Shown piece by piece: positions 1 to 10,854 of a stretch of 64,000 bases of DNA. The DNA is from an uncultured Candidatus Binatia bacterium (lineage in GTDB: Bacteria > Desulfobacterota > Binatia > UBA9968 > CAXXLF01): the NCBI GenBank assembly GCA_965218425.1, contig OZ244621.1:2048001-2112000 (forward strand), written 5' to 3'. The position numbers and the translations under genes were made by a program. Each line of letters begins with the position of its first letter. Within the stretch, counting starts at the first letter, position 1. Below the pieces are notes generated by a model that saw only the letters and a program-made list of their open reading frames with translations, searched no databases and was not told the origin of the DNA.

Positions 1-37
1 GGAGCCCATGCAGGACAGCGACAACGCCAAAAATGGT

Positions 38-67
38 ACCAGATAAGACCAGATAAGACCAGATAAG
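38..67. repeat. Tandem repeat, 3 x ACCAGATAAG
   Basis: Exact 10-bp unit at 38-47, 48-57 and 58-67. Confidence 0.9.
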
Positions 68-385
68 CGCGCCTGTTCGTATTCTGCCTCTAGTCTGTCC
101 GTCGCTGACACCGTAGACTAGCAAAGAAACTATCTTAGCCTTACTAAGAAACTATGTCGGCCAACTTTAATCCATTTATTCTATCATGGGCTACAATAAC
201 TGACCATCCGGACTATTTACAGTTCTACCTTCTTGATTCACTAGGCCCAATCTATGTTTATTGTTATAGGGTCCCTGAGCTCTTTAAGCGTGTTTAAGAA
301 GGGTATAAGCTTACGGGCAAATCAGAGAACAGGCATCCAGCGACTTACATACTTCCATCGGCTGAACTTCAACTAGGAGGCGATC

Positions 386-2977
386 GTGAGTGAGCAGGAG
401 AGAGTGTTGTTACCAGATGATGTCCGTCCCAAAAAATACCGGGTGACCTTAACACCCGACCTCACCCAGTGCACATTTAGCGGTAAAGTAGAGATCGAGG
501 TGCAGATTCAAAAATCCACTTCCCGTGTCGTGCTTCATGCCGCCGAGTTGGAGCTAAAATCGGGAGAGCTTCAGCAAAACGGTGCCACACGGGTCCCTGC
601 TAAGATTTTCCCGGACGAGAAGGCGGAAACAGCAACCTTTGAATTCGGGGACTCCCTCGCCACCGGGCCAGCCACCCTCAGTATCGATTTTACCGGCACG
701 TTGAATGACCAGATGCGGGGGTTGTACCGCAGTGAATACCTTATGGGTGGCGAGAAGCGAACAATGGCAGTGACCCAATTTGAGGCTACCGATGCCCGCC
801 GCGCGTTTCCCTGCTGGGATGAACCTGCCACCAAGGCCACCTTTGAGGTGACCCTGGTGGTTCCTGCGGACCGCGTGGCAATTTCCAACATGCCCATTGT
901 GGAGACGAAGACCGGTCAAGGCGGGCTGAAGGCAGTCCGGTTTGCCGAGTCCCCTATCATGTCCACCTACCTTGTGGCGTTCATCGTCGGCGAGTTTGAC
1001 TATGTAGAGGAAAAGAGCCGGGAAGGCGCGCTGGTGCGGGTCTATACACCCCTGGGGAAAAAAGAGCAGGGCCGGTTCGCATTGGACGTCGCTAGTCGAA
1101 CCCTTTCATTCTTCGACGAATACTTCGGTATTCCATACCCGTTACCGAAGATGGACCTGATCGCCATTGCGGACTTTGCCGCGGGCGCTATGGAAAACTG
1201 GGGTGCTGTCACCTATCGAGAGACGGCGATACTCGTGGATCCGGAACAGTCTTCGGAGGCCACACGGCAGCGCGTTGCAGTGGTCATCGCCCATGAATTG
1301 GCCCACCAATGGTTTGGTAATCTCGTGACCATGGAGTGGTGGACCCACCTCTGGCTCAATGAGGGGTTTGCCTCGTGGATCGAGTATCTGGCCGTGGATC
1401 AACTCTTTCCCGAGTGGCGAATGTGGACTCAATTTGTCTACGGCGATTTGAGCCGGGCGCTGGATCTTGACGGTCTGGAGAACACCCATCCCATCGAGGT
1501 AGAGGTAAAGGACCCCAATCAAATCAGCGAGATCTTTGACGCCATTAGCTACAGTAAGGGATCGTCGGTCATTCGTATGCTGGCGGCCTATCTGGGCGAA
1601 GAGAACTTTCGCCGCGGGTTGCATGGCTACCTAAGCCGGCATCAGTACGGCAACGCTACTACCGAGGACCTATGGCAGGCCCTAGGGGAAGCTTCTGGGA
1701 AACCCGTTAAGGAGATGATGGATACATGGACCAAACAGGGAGGCTATCCGGTTCTGTCGGTGCAAGAAAAAGACGGATCTTTAAAACTCAGCCAAGCCCG
1801 TTTCTTTCTCAGTGGGATCCCACGGAAAAAGAAAGACGCAACGCGGTGGTCAATACCGGTTGGAGTTATCGGTTCCGACATGTCTCAAGAGACTTTTTCC
1901 CTCTTGGGTAAACCGTCCGGTCAAATGAGTTTAACAGGCCAGAAAAATGGCTGGGTCAAGGTCAACAATGGGCAGACGGGTTATTACCGGGTGAAATACT
2001 CGACGGCCATGATGACAGGGTTGAGTCGAGCTGTTGAAGCCATGGAGCTATCCCCTGAGGACCGTCTCGGGCTGGAAAACGATGCCTTTGCGCTGGCAAG
2101 GGCTGGCCTGCTCTCCACTCAGCATGCCCTCAATCTGGTGGCCGCTTATAAGAACGAAACGGATTACACGGTGTGGGCCGACCTCTCCGCCGGACTGGAT
2201 GAGTTGGATGCGCTGCTGTGGGGGGATCCCTGTTACGGGAACTTCGAGGCCTTTGCGAGAAGTCTCTACGGTGGTGTGGCAGGTCGAGTCGGATGGGAAA
2301 AAAAGGCAGGGGAATCTCATCTGACAACCCTTCTTCGTAGCCTGGTCATTAGTGAGCTGGGCGGGTACGGTGATGCAGAAACCATTGATGAAGCCAAGAA
2401 CCGTTTCGCATGCCTTCAAAGGGATCCCAAGAGCCTCCCTCCCGACCTGCGTTTCCCCGTCTACCGGTTGTACGTGGAAAATGGCGATGAGACTTCCCAT
2501 GAGGCGGTGCTCGATCTTTTTCGTAAGGCCGACCTGCACGAGGAGCGGCTCCGTTGCCTGCGCTCCCTGGGCTACAGCCAAAAGCAGGAATTGCTCCAGC
2601 GCACACTAGAGTTCTCCCTTTCGTCGGAAGTGCGTGCACAGGACACACCTCTGCTGGTGGGTAGCGTTGCCGCCAATGGCCCGGGTCGTGATCTCGCCTG
2701 GAATTTCCTCAAGGGGCAATGGGCCGAGTTGGACCGTCGCTACGGTAAGGGAGGTTTCCTCCTGGGCCGTGTGATCTCGTCCACCACGTCCAATTTTTGT
2801 TCCGAGGAAAAAGCCAGGGAGGTGGAGGAGTTTTTCCGTTCCCATCCGGTGCCGGCCGCTGAAAGGACCATCCGCCAGTCAGTGGAGCGTATTCGTTCCA
2901 ACGCCATGTGGCTACAGCATGACGGCAAGCCTATTCGTCAGTGGTTGGAGCGCGCGTCCGAGTCCAAAGTCCGATGA
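386..2977 (+). CDS. pepN: M1 family zinc aminopeptidase (PepN/puromycin-sensitive type, ERAP1-like C-terminus)
   Basis: GAMENWG and HELAH-x18-E motifs, TQFEATDARRAFPCWDEP, YSKG; AGGAGG RBS before GTG. Confidence 0.93.
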   Translation: MSEQERVLLPDDVRPKKYRVTLTPDLTQCTFSGKVEIEVQIQKSTSRVVLHAAELELKSGELQQNGATRVPAKIFPDEKAETATFEFGDSLATGPATLSIDFTGTLNDQMRGLYRSEYLMGGEKRTMAVTQFEATDARRAFPCWDEPATKATFEVTLVVPADRVAISNMPIVETKTGQGGLKAVRFAESPIMSTYLVAFIVGEFDYVEEKSREGALVRVYTPLGKKEQGRFALDVASRTLSFFDEYFGIPYPLPKMDLIAIADFAAGAMENWGAVTYRETAILVDPEQSSEATRQRVAVVIAHELAHQWFGNLVTMEWWTHLWLNEGFASWIEYLAVDQLFPEWRMWTQFVYGDLSRALDLDGLENTHPIEVEVKDPNQISEIFDAISYSKGSSVIRMLAAYLGEENFRRGLHGYLSRHQYGNATTEDLWQALGEASGKPVKEMMDTWTKQGGYPVLSVQEKDGSLKLSQARFFLSGIPRKKKDATRWSIPVGVIGSDMSQETFSLLGKPSGQMSLTGQKNGWVKVNNGQTGYYRVKYSTAMMTGLSRAVEAMELSPEDRLGLENDAFALARAGLLSTQHALNLVAAYKNETDYTVWADLSAGLDELDALLWGDPCYGNFEAFARSLYGGVAGRVGWEKKAGESHLTTLLRSLVISELGGYGDAETIDEAKNRFACLQRDPKSLPPDLRFPVYRLYVENGDETSHEAVLDLFRKADLHEERLRCLRSLGYSQKQELLQRTLEFSLSSEVRAQDTPLLVGSVAANGPGRDLAWNFLKGQWAELDRRYGKGGFLLGRVISSTTSNFCSEEKAREVEEFFRSHPVPAAERTIRQSVERIRSNAMWLQHDGKPIRQWLERASESKVR

Positions 2978-3011
2978 GTCGCAGACCGTTCGGGTTATAG
3001 GGTCAAGCGCC

Positions 3012-6000
3012 ATGCGAGTTGTTTTAGGTCCCTTCCATCCGGATTTAGAAAATGCGTTGGTGGATGAGGTCCTCGGGCATCGAAAAAAAAATCTCCTTTC
3101 CCCGCTCTTGATCTTGGTCCCATCGGATCCCCTCCTTCATCGCCTAAAGATCCTCCTGGCCCGTGAGCGCCAATTGAACCTCCTCAACGTTCACATTCTA
3201 ACCTTTTACCAGCTTTCCAGACGTTTGTTAGAGGAAAATCACCAAGCTTTGGCACTTCCGTTGCGCGACGATGCCTTTGCCGAGGAAGCCCTGAGACACA
3301 TGATTCAGACGGATTTTCAATGGGAATCGGTTTTCTCTGGAATCGAGGCAAGGGAAGGTGGTTGCGGCGCTCTCTGGCAGACACTGCGCGATCTCAAAGA
3401 CGCCAAGGTGGATTACCAACCCACTATGGATGCGTTGGCGGAAGGGTATCTTAGTTCACCGGGCGTGACGAAGCTTCGGGATCTCTTTCGACTCCATGGA
3501 GAATACTCCTCTAGCGCGCGTGATTGGGGCATTCGAGACTATACGGACCTGGATGCCTTGGCCACCGAACAAGTGCCCTCCTCTGAGTATCTCCAACAGT
3601 TTTCGGCCATTGTCTACTACGGATTTTACGACCTCACCCAGATACAGCTGGACCTCTTCCAAACCGTGGCGCGCCACTACCCTACCACGTTACTGTTCCC
3701 ACTCATCCCAGGTCATCCCGCCTGGGCATTTGCCCAGCGTTTTTACGATCGTCATGTGCAAACCCTAGTGACAGGATCCCCTGTGGTTTCCACCGCCGGC
3801 GCTGACTCTCACAACGCTTTTGCCGCTATCCATCTTCGTCTCTTTAACGAAGAGGCGCGGGAGGCTCCAGAGATGGGTGGTTCATGCACGATTGTAAACT
3901 GCTCTGGTCAGAGAGACGAGGTCCTTACCACGGCAAAGGAGATCCTCAAGCTTGTTACCCATAAGGGCCTGGCCTTTGATGAAATAGGCGTGGTGGTACG
4001 TTCCCTGGATTCTTACCTGCCTTGGTTTAAAGACATATTCACTGATCATGGGATTCCCATGGCAGGTTATGCGAAGGGATCCGTCCTTCCATTCCCGTTG
4101 GTCAAGGCGGTTGTTCTCCTCACTGGGGTGTTATCAAAAGATTACCTTCGCTCGCATGTAATGGATCTGATCTCTTCTCCTTATTTTGATCTCCGGCCCT
4201 ATTGTGGAGAGAAGGTTACCCCTAGGAGCGACCTATGGGACCCCATGACACGTCGCTTGGGAATCACCAAAGGATTCGAGTCATGGCGTCGCCTGGAGCG
4301 CTATGTGGATCGGGGAATAGCCTTGCCACGCCAGGGCGATGAGGATGAAGAGCCAAGCGTAAGATCGGTTTCCCCAGAGCAGATCAAGATCCTCTTGACC
4401 ATCGTCACTGAGCTGCATGGAGATATGGCAAAGCTGCCCGGGGAAGCGTCGTGGTCGGAGTATGCCAACCGTTGGAAGGAGCTGCTAAACAAATATCTTG
4501 GCCTTGAAAAACGTGAGACGCTCTCAGCTCCCCCTTCTCTAGAGGAGCAAATCGTTGAAGTGATCTTGGACACATTGGAGGATCTGGTGGGCCTTGACGG
4601 TCTTGCTCCCCATGTAGGCCATTTGCATTTTCTACGGACGTTTCAGCGCTGGTTAGATCGCGCCAGCGTCCCCGTAACCGAGTGGAATCTTCCCGGTGTT
4701 TCCGTGTTGGATGCCATGTCGGCGCGTGGTCTTTCCTTTCGCGCCTTGTTCATCCTGGGTCTCAACGAGGGGATCTTCCCCCGTACCATTCGAGAGGACG
4801 CCTTTCTGAGGGATGCGACGCGCAGGAGTCTGGAGACGGTATTGGGTTATAAAATCAGCGAGAAGCTAGCAGCCTATGACGAAGAAAAACTCATTCTGGC
4901 CCTTCTGGTGGGTGCGGCGCGGGAATCCCTTTACTGTTTCTACCGGCGTTCCGAGGAAGGCGGCAGGGCACTGACTCCTTCCTGGTACCTGGGTGAGATC
5001 CGGCGGGCAGTATGGGGTCCCGAAACGGTCACGGCCTCTGTTAACGAAGAGGAATGCCCAGTTCAAGAGAGAAGCATCCCGCGAGGGATACTAGAGAGGG
5101 AAAAGGTGTCTCCTTTCGATGAAGCTCAGTGGCTCACGCCCAATGAGCTTGCCGTCTGTTTGGCCCTGCAGGGGCAGGACCCTGTCCCGGTACTCAAGTT
5201 GGCGGCGCAACCGCTGGGGATCCATAGTCGCGGGTTGAGGTCCATGCAACTATTGGAGGATCCTCGCCGGTCATTGGATCAACTGGACGGAATGATCGGG
5301 CCTGTCCCTGACTACTGGCAACGCTTGTTGGAAAGGGGGATTTCACCCACCGCCTTGGAACGCTATGCGAGGTGTCCTTACCAATATTTTGCCGCCGATA
5401 TCCTTGAACTCCACGAGATGGAAAGGCCGGAGGAGGTCTCTTCTTTGGGCCCCTCGGTCATAGGCCAACTCTCTCATACGATTCTCAAGTCCCTCTACAT
5501 CCAACTTATGGAGGAAGGGTATTTCACGAGGGAGCCGTCCAAAGGCGAATGGTCGAGTCGATGGGACGAGTTAACTCACAAGGCATTCTCGGATTATGCC
5601 GCGGAAAATCCGGTGGGCTATCCGGTGGCATGGGAAGTTTTGGGGGAGGAGCTGAGTCGTCTTCTACATCAAGTAGTAGAACAGGACCTCGACGAACTGG
5701 GTGTGTCAGGATTCCGACCCATGGCCTTTGAGCCGCAATGGAGGGGACGCTTAGAAGATGGATGGCCCGATCCGTTGGGTCGTCTCCCCATTGTGGGTTC
5801 GCCGGACCGGGTGGACTATGAACCATCAAAGTCACGCTATCGGGTAATCGATTACAAGCTTCGGATGGGAAAACGGGAATCGGCAGAAGATCACAATCTC
5901 CTTCAATCCGCCCTCAGGGGTAAGCGACTCCAGCTTCCCCTCTACATCCTTTTGGCGGCGCAGCATGCTCAGGCCGGGAAAAGAGGCAAGATACCGGCCA

Positions 6001-6317
6001 AAATTCACGGGGCTTTTTATCTGATCGCACCGCGCTGGCTGAACGGGCCGCTGGCTATTGAAGAGTTCCCTGAAAAGGGCTGGGATGATCCGTACAAGGA
6101 AAGACTCCAGGAAACCCTGGGATTTCTCCTAAAGGGAATTCAGCAGGGTCGATTTTTTATTTCTCCCGGTGATCATTGCAGAAACTGTGACGTGAGAGCG
6201 GCCTGCCGTAGAAATCACCGACCTTCACTTTGGCGTGCCGAAAAAGACCCGGCGGTGAGGTCCCATGGTGAATTGAATGAACAGAAAGCGGCGCTCACGC
6301 AAGGGAGACGCGGGTGA
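3012..6317 (+). CDS. addB: AddB/RexB-like helicase-nuclease subunit
   Basis: Degenerate helicase N-terminus; C-terminal RecB-family nuclease (DRVD...IDYK...LQLPLY); Fe-S staple cysteines RCPYQY and CRNCDVRAAC; overlaps addA. ATG 3012 chosen as start. Confidence 0.85.
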   Translation: MRVVLGPFHPDLENALVDEVLGHRKKNLLSPLLILVPSDPLLHRLKILLARERQLNLLNVHILTFYQLSRRLLEENHQALALPLRDDAFAEEALRHMIQTDFQWESVFSGIEAREGGCGALWQTLRDLKDAKVDYQPTMDALAEGYLSSPGVTKLRDLFRLHGEYSSSARDWGIRDYTDLDALATEQVPSSEYLQQFSAIVYYGFYDLTQIQLDLFQTVARHYPTTLLFPLIPGHPAWAFAQRFYDRHVQTLVTGSPVVSTAGADSHNAFAAIHLRLFNEEAREAPEMGGSCTIVNCSGQRDEVLTTAKEILKLVTHKGLAFDEIGVVVRSLDSYLPWFKDIFTDHGIPMAGYAKGSVLPFPLVKAVVLLTGVLSKDYLRSHVMDLISSPYFDLRPYCGEKVTPRSDLWDPMTRRLGITKGFESWRRLERYVDRGIALPRQGDEDEEPSVRSVSPEQIKILLTIVTELHGDMAKLPGEASWSEYANRWKELLNKYLGLEKRETLSAPPSLEEQIVEVILDTLEDLVGLDGLAPHVGHLHFLRTFQRWLDRASVPVTEWNLPGVSVLDAMSARGLSFRALFILGLNEGIFPRTIREDAFLRDATRRSLETVLGYKISEKLAAYDEEKLILALLVGAARESLYCFYRRSEEGGRALTPSWYLGEIRRAVWGPETVTASVNEEECPVQERSIPRGILEREKVSPFDEAQWLTPNELAVCLALQGQDPVPVLKLAAQPLGIHSRGLRSMQLLEDPRRSLDQLDGMIGPVPDYWQRLLERGISPTALERYARCPYQYFAADILELHEMERPEEVSSLGPSVIGQLSHTILKSLYIQLMEEGYFTREPSKGEWSSRWDELTHKAFSDYAAENPVGYPVAWEVLGEELSRLLHQVVEQDLDELGVSGFRPMAFEPQWRGRLEDGWPDPLGRLPIVGSPDRVDYEPSKSRYRVIDYKLRMGKRESAEDHNLLQSALRGKRLQLPLYILLAAQHAQAGKRGKIPAKIHGAFYLIAPRWLNGPLAIEEFPEKGWDDPYKERLQETLGFLLKGIQQGRFFISPGDHCRNCDVRAACRRNHRPSLWRAEKDPAVRSHGELNEQKAALTQGRRG

Positions 6318-9300
6318 TGTCAAGCGGTTTAGCCGACGGATTGGAACGCCAACGGGCCGCCACCACTTTCGACCAGAATATTGTCGTTACGGCAGGTGCC
6401 GGTACAGGAAAGACAGCCTTGCTGGTGAATCGACTGGTTCATCTCTTGATGCGCTCGCCTGACCCTGTGAAAGTGGACGAGCTTGTGGCTTTGACGTTTA
6501 CCAATAAAGCCGCCGACGAGATGAAAATCCGCTTGCGCCGGCGTCTCCGAGCCTATGGTGCCGTCAGACTTGATCAGGAACCTCTAGATACAAACCAAGC
6601 GGAGGTACATCGAGAAGTCCAGGGTTTTATGGAACGCTACCACCTGGGAAAAAAGGAGATCGACGGTCGCGCCAAGGAAGCGCTTCGTCATCTAGAGCGG
6701 AGCGAAATCGGCACTATCCATAGTTTTGCGTCTAGCCTCCTTCGACTGTACCCCCTTGAGGCGGGACTGGACCCACAGTTCGGCGAGGATGACGGGGCTG
6801 GTTTTGAAAGGCATTTTGACGAAAGCTGGAATCTCTGGCTCGACCGTGAGCTTTCTTCCCGGGGACCCCATAGGGAATCCTGGAAGGAGTTGCTGCGGAA
6901 GCTCCCTCTTGAGCGTATCCGTGAGCTGGCCTATGGATTGAGTCCGGAGACTGTGGACCTCCCTCGACTGGTCCAGCTAGTGCAGGGTCAAAAAGAACTC
7001 CAGTTGCATAGAACCTGGTTAAAAGACCTGGAACAAAAGGCCTCACGCCTCATAGAACGACATCCTGGGAATCGATCCGTTGAACAACAGGTGCGGGCTT
7101 CCAGACAAATGATTCGTGAGTTTTGCGCGCGGGGATCCGTTGGCTCCGGCGTCCTAGAGGCGGAAAGGGAACTCCTTGCCTCCGGAAAACCCATTACAGG
7201 TACAGGTCCCAAGGGTTGGAGTGAAGAGGAGGTGGAAGAGGCCAGGGGGTTGATTCGAGTGGCGCGTTGCCTGATGGGCATCGATCGGCAACTCTTGGGG
7301 CTTCTTTGTGATCTTGTGATCCCCTTTGTGGGGAGTTGCCGTGAGACTTTTGTCAGGGCCGGATTTATTTCATTCGATGGTTTGCTGGTGCGGGCAAGGC
7401 AGCTGTTGCGGCAACACCCGGAGATCCGGGAAGAGCTCAAGGGGCGGTTCAAGGCGATCTTGGTGGACGAGTTTCAAGATACGGATCCGATCCAGTGCGA
7501 GGTCCTGCTCTACCTGGCTGAAAAGAAGGGACAACAGGCTCAAGACTGGCGCAAGATCAGGCTAGAGCCGGGAAAGCTTTTTGTAGTGGGTGACCCAAAG
7601 CAGTCCATCTATGCCTTTCGGCGTGCCGACATCGAGGCCCATCTGCGCGTTGTTCGTGATGTCATACAAAAACAGAACGGCATCGAGTGTACTCTAACGA
7701 CAAGTTTTAGAAGTCATGAAGGGATTCTGGACGTGGTGAACGGCGTCTTCGCTCGTCTCATTCAAGCGCGTGAGACACTTCAGCCCCCCTATGCGTCGAT
7801 TCATCCGTTGGAGGAACCCGTGAGGGAAACAGCGGACCATCCATCGACACAGCTTCGCCATGTGGAGATGCGCAGAGTTGAAAGTGATGAGAATCTAAAC
7901 GCCGCCGCCGCGCGCCGTCTGGAGGGGGAGTCCCTCGCCCGCTGGCTTGCCGAAGAGGTTCTGGATAAAGCCGTGATCGTCCATAAGAATCAGACCCCGG
8001 TGCCGGCCAAGGCGGGACACGTGGCTATATTGATGCGCTCGCTGGTTAACGTGGACCAGTATCTGGAACCGCTGCGCAGGCGGGGAATTCCCTTTGTGGT
8101 GGAGGGTGAAAAGCACTTTTACGCCACGCAGGAAGTGATCGACATGGTGAGCCTGCTCCGTGCCATCGAAAATCCCTACGACCGACTGGCATTGGCGGGG
8201 GTGCTTCGGTCTCCACTGGGGGGACTCAACGACCGAGAGCTCTATGAACTCCACCAGCAGGGGCTCTTGGATTATCGTGCGGTGGCCTGGCCCAAGGGGC
8301 TACCCAAAAAAGGCGTTGCCTTCCGAGTCCGGGGTCTCTATCCCGTTCTTCTTCGACTCCATCGTGAGACTCGCCTGCTTTCCGTGGGAGACGCGGTAGG
8401 TGAAATCTTTGGCTCGCTGCCTGTGATGGTATTGGCCGCCAGTTCCCACCATGGGGAGCAGCGAGTAGCCAACCTAGAAAAGGTTCGTCTTCTGGCGGAG
8501 GAAATGGGACGGGAGGGACCGGCGACGTTGAAGGCGGTTATTGCCGCCTTAGAAGAGCGGGTGTCTGAGATGCAAGAGGAAAGTGAAAGCAGTCTCGTCG
8601 AAGAAGGCGTGAATGCGGTGAAGATCCTGAGCGTCCATAAGGCCAAAGGACTGGAGTTCCCGCTGGTGATCCTGGCCGGTTGCCAGGCGGGGGTGAACCG
8701 CCTGGCAAGTGAGCCCGTGGAGGTTTACCATGACTGGTCCACTGACCTGGTGGGTCTCCATGTGGATGAACTGTGGAGTCTGTCGGGGATTTTCCTTGAT
8801 GGAAAGAAAAGGCTCCGTGAACAGGAAGAGCAAAAAAGGGTATTCTATGTGGCTGCAACCCGTGCCCGCGAGCACTTGACTCTTTCCTGTGCCGCGACGA
8901 AGAGAAGGACACCCGGGAGCTTTCTATCTCTGCTGGAGGAGGCCACAGGGGAGATCCAGTCAGCCGCCGGGTCGAGAACCTTGAGTGCTGGTGCTGGCAA
9001 GATCAAGTTGCAAAGCCCACGGGAATCGCTAGAGCCGCCGGGCTCCGTTGATAGCGGGTCCAAGAACAAAGCAATGGAGTTCGACAGCGGGAGCTACGAA
9101 AAGTCGGTTCAGCAACGGCAAAAACGGTACCAGGAAACCATGGAGACCCCCCTCATTGTCAATCCCACCTTGCTCAAGAGAATGGAGCAAGACATATGGG
9201 ATCAGGACCCTCATGGCCGCAATGATCGTGGACTGAACGAGGAGGCCCTCCTCATAGGTGAGTTGGCCCACGGATTTCTTCAATGTTGGGATTTCTCCCA

Positions 9301-9778
9301 GGACCATCCGTATTCTCGTGATCACCTCTTATCTTTCCTAGACCGAAGTCTCCTTCAGCGTGGTGACCATGATCACCTGTCCGTTCAGAGGGAGCTTGAA
9401 GAGATATTTCATGTGTTTTTCAATTCCTCCGCTTACCAGGAGCTTAAAAGCTCTCACATCCTTGGACGGGAGCTTCCCCTGTTGATTCCCTGGGGGAATC
9501 AGATCATGGAGGGGGTCATGGACGTGCTCTACGAAAGAGAAGGCGAGCTCTACGTTGCAGATTACAAGACCGATCGTGTCCAGGGTCGGGATCTCACCCA
9601 GGTAGTGCATTCCTATGGCCACCAGGCCCGCATTTACAGTGAAGCCGTTCACCGCTGTATGCAGAGGGATGTAGTCGAATTTAAAATCGTTTTATTGCGA
9701 TTGGGAAAGGCAATTCCGATAAAAATAGAAACAGGGTCCTCGGTCTACGCAACACAAGAAGACAAGGAGGGAGTATGA
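6314..9778 (+). CDS. addA: AddA/RexA UvrD-like helicase-nuclease subunit
   Basis: AGAGTGKT, TFTNKAA, VDEFQD, VGDPKQSIYAFRRAD, HKAKGLEF, YVAATRAR; C-terminal nuclease DVL...ADYKT. Confidence 0.92.
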   Translation: MMSSGLADGLERQRAATTFDQNIVVTAGAGTGKTALLVNRLVHLLMRSPDPVKVDELVALTFTNKAADEMKIRLRRRLRAYGAVRLDQEPLDTNQAEVHREVQGFMERYHLGKKEIDGRAKEALRHLERSEIGTIHSFASSLLRLYPLEAGLDPQFGEDDGAGFERHFDESWNLWLDRELSSRGPHRESWKELLRKLPLERIRELAYGLSPETVDLPRLVQLVQGQKELQLHRTWLKDLEQKASRLIERHPGNRSVEQQVRASRQMIREFCARGSVGSGVLEAERELLASGKPITGTGPKGWSEEEVEEARGLIRVARCLMGIDRQLLGLLCDLVIPFVGSCRETFVRAGFISFDGLLVRARQLLRQHPEIREELKGRFKAILVDEFQDTDPIQCEVLLYLAEKKGQQAQDWRKIRLEPGKLFVVGDPKQSIYAFRRADIEAHLRVVRDVIQKQNGIECTLTTSFRSHEGILDVVNGVFARLIQARETLQPPYASIHPLEEPVRETADHPSTQLRHVEMRRVESDENLNAAAARRLEGESLARWLAEEVLDKAVIVHKNQTPVPAKAGHVAILMRSLVNVDQYLEPLRRRGIPFVVEGEKHFYATQEVIDMVSLLRAIENPYDRLALAGVLRSPLGGLNDRELYELHQQGLLDYRAVAWPKGLPKKGVAFRVRGLYPVLLRLHRETRLLSVGDAVGEIFGSLPVMVLAASSHHGEQRVANLEKVRLLAEEMGREGPATLKAVIAALEERVSEMQEESESSLVEEGVNAVKILSVHKAKGLEFPLVILAGCQAGVNRLASEPVEVYHDWSTDLVGLHVDELWSLSGIFLDGKKRLREQEEQKRVFYVAATRAREHLTLSCAATKRRTPGSFLSLLEEATGEIQSAAGSRTLSAGAGKIKLQSPRESLEPPGSVDSGSKNKAMEFDSGSYEKSVQQRQKRYQETMETPLIVNPTLLKRMEQDIWDQDPHGRNDRGLNEEALLIGELAHGFLQCWDFSQDHPYSRDHLLSFLDRSLLQRGDHDHLSVQRELEEIFHVFFNSSAYQELKSSHILGRELPLLIPWGNQIMEGVMDVLYEREGELYVADYKTDRVQGRDLTQVVHSYGHQARIYSEAVHRCMQRDVVEFKIVLLRLGKAIPIKIETGSSVYATQEDKEGV

Positions 9779-10029
9779 AGCTTTCGGTTAAATCTTTGAC
9801 CATCACATCAGCCGTCCTGTGGGGAGGCGTATGTCTGTTCGTCGCCCTGCTCAACGTCATTTGGCCCGGTTATGGCAAGGCCTTTCTCGATGTCATCGGT
9901 TCCATCTATCCGGGATACGAGGTAACGGGGTCCCTAGGTAGTGTCATTGTGGGTACTCTCTACGCCACGTTGGATGGGGCCGTGGGCGGCGCCCTATTTG
10001 GCTGGATCTATAACTTCTTTGCCAATTGA
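9775..10029 (+). CDS. Small membrane protein, function unknown
   Basis: 84 aa with two hydrophobic segments; GGAGG RBS; ATGA overlap with the addA stop. Confidence 0.75.
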   Translation: MKLSVKSLTITSAVLWGGVCLFVALLNVIWPGYGKAFLDVIGSIYPGYEVTGSLGSVIVGTLYATLDGAVGGALFGWIYNFFAN

Positions 10030-10181
10030 AAGTTGGTTTTACAGCTAACGGCGGTAGTGTGACCGACGCCGCAAATCGATATCGGGAGCCACCCAGTTTA
10101 AGCGACATGGTCGTTCGGACTGACGGAACCGAAAGGTCCGAGCTAACGTCTTTTCAACTTCGGCGGGCCGGGGAAATTGGG

Positions 10182-10211
10182 TTGCCTTTTGATCCATCAA
10201 TAGTCTAAACT
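10182..10211 (+). promoter_or_regulatory. Putative sigma70 promoter of the MarR-family gene (possibly leaderless)
   Basis: TTGCCT-N18-TAAACT ends 6 nt before GTG 10217; no RBS seen. Confidence 0.35.
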
Positions 10212-10216
10212 CGGCC

Positions 10217-10651
10217 GTGATGAACTTGCCGTTTTTGACCCGCTACAGTACAAGCCTCTGGATTCGGTTTCTCCGCTTCAACCTCCACTCCGGTAAGAAG
10301 CTCCAGGAGGATCTGGAGAAACAGGGACTCACCCCCCCGCAGTTTTATGTTCTGGCGACCATTGGCTATCTGGGAGGAGTCCCCTTTAACGAAATTGGTG
10401 CAAAAATGATGGTGACGGTGAGTAACCTGACAGGCATCGTGGACCGGCTGGAAGAAAAGGGAATCGTGGCCAGGGAGCGGGATAAACACGACCGTAGAGT
10501 GATCCACGTCAAACTTACAGAGAAGGGGAAGAAACTCTACAAGGTCTCCGTTGTTACTTTTGAAAATAGCGTGTCGAAATTCTTTTCCCCTCTAGATAGA
10601 TCCCAGCAAAAAGAGCTTTCCACCCTTTTGCGTAAATTGCTCGGCGCCTGA
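10217..10651 (+). CDS. MarR family transcriptional regulator
   Basis: LTPPQFYVL...SNLTGIVDRLEEKGIVARERDKHDRR winged-helix signature. Confidence 0.93.
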   Translation: MMNLPFLTRYSTSLWIRFLRFNLHSGKKLQEDLEKQGLTPPQFYVLATIGYLGGVPFNEIGAKMMVTVSNLTGIVDRLEEKGIVARERDKHDRRVIHVKLTEKGKKLYKVSVVTFENSVSKFFSPLDRSQQKELSTLLRKLLGA

Positions 10652-10679
10652 GACGACTCCTGCCCATAGGTTCCCATTG

Positions 10680-10735
10680 TTGACAATTGGTTAAAGGTCA
10701 AATAGTTTATATGTGATTATTTAACACGTTAACCT
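10680..10735 (+). promoter_or_regulatory. Sigma70 promoter with candidate MarR operator
   Basis: TTGACA(10680-85)-N17-TAGTTT(10703-08); palindrome TTAAC-AC-GTTAA at 10721-10732. Confidence 0.6.
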
Positions 10736-10854
10736 ATGGTCAGTGAGGCATGAATCTCCTTGATCCTGTAGTGAGGGAGGCCGTTAATTGAATTCCTTCA
10801 TGACGTTGCTACGGACGTAAGTTAATAATTTTTATACTAAGACGGTATAAAAAG

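Noticed and set aside
2919..3011. N-terminal extensions of ORF-track calls (addB; likewise mfd, ALDH, rph, csp, PatA-like)
   Set aside because: They overlap neighbouring genes or lack an RBS; downstream starts fit family N-termini better.
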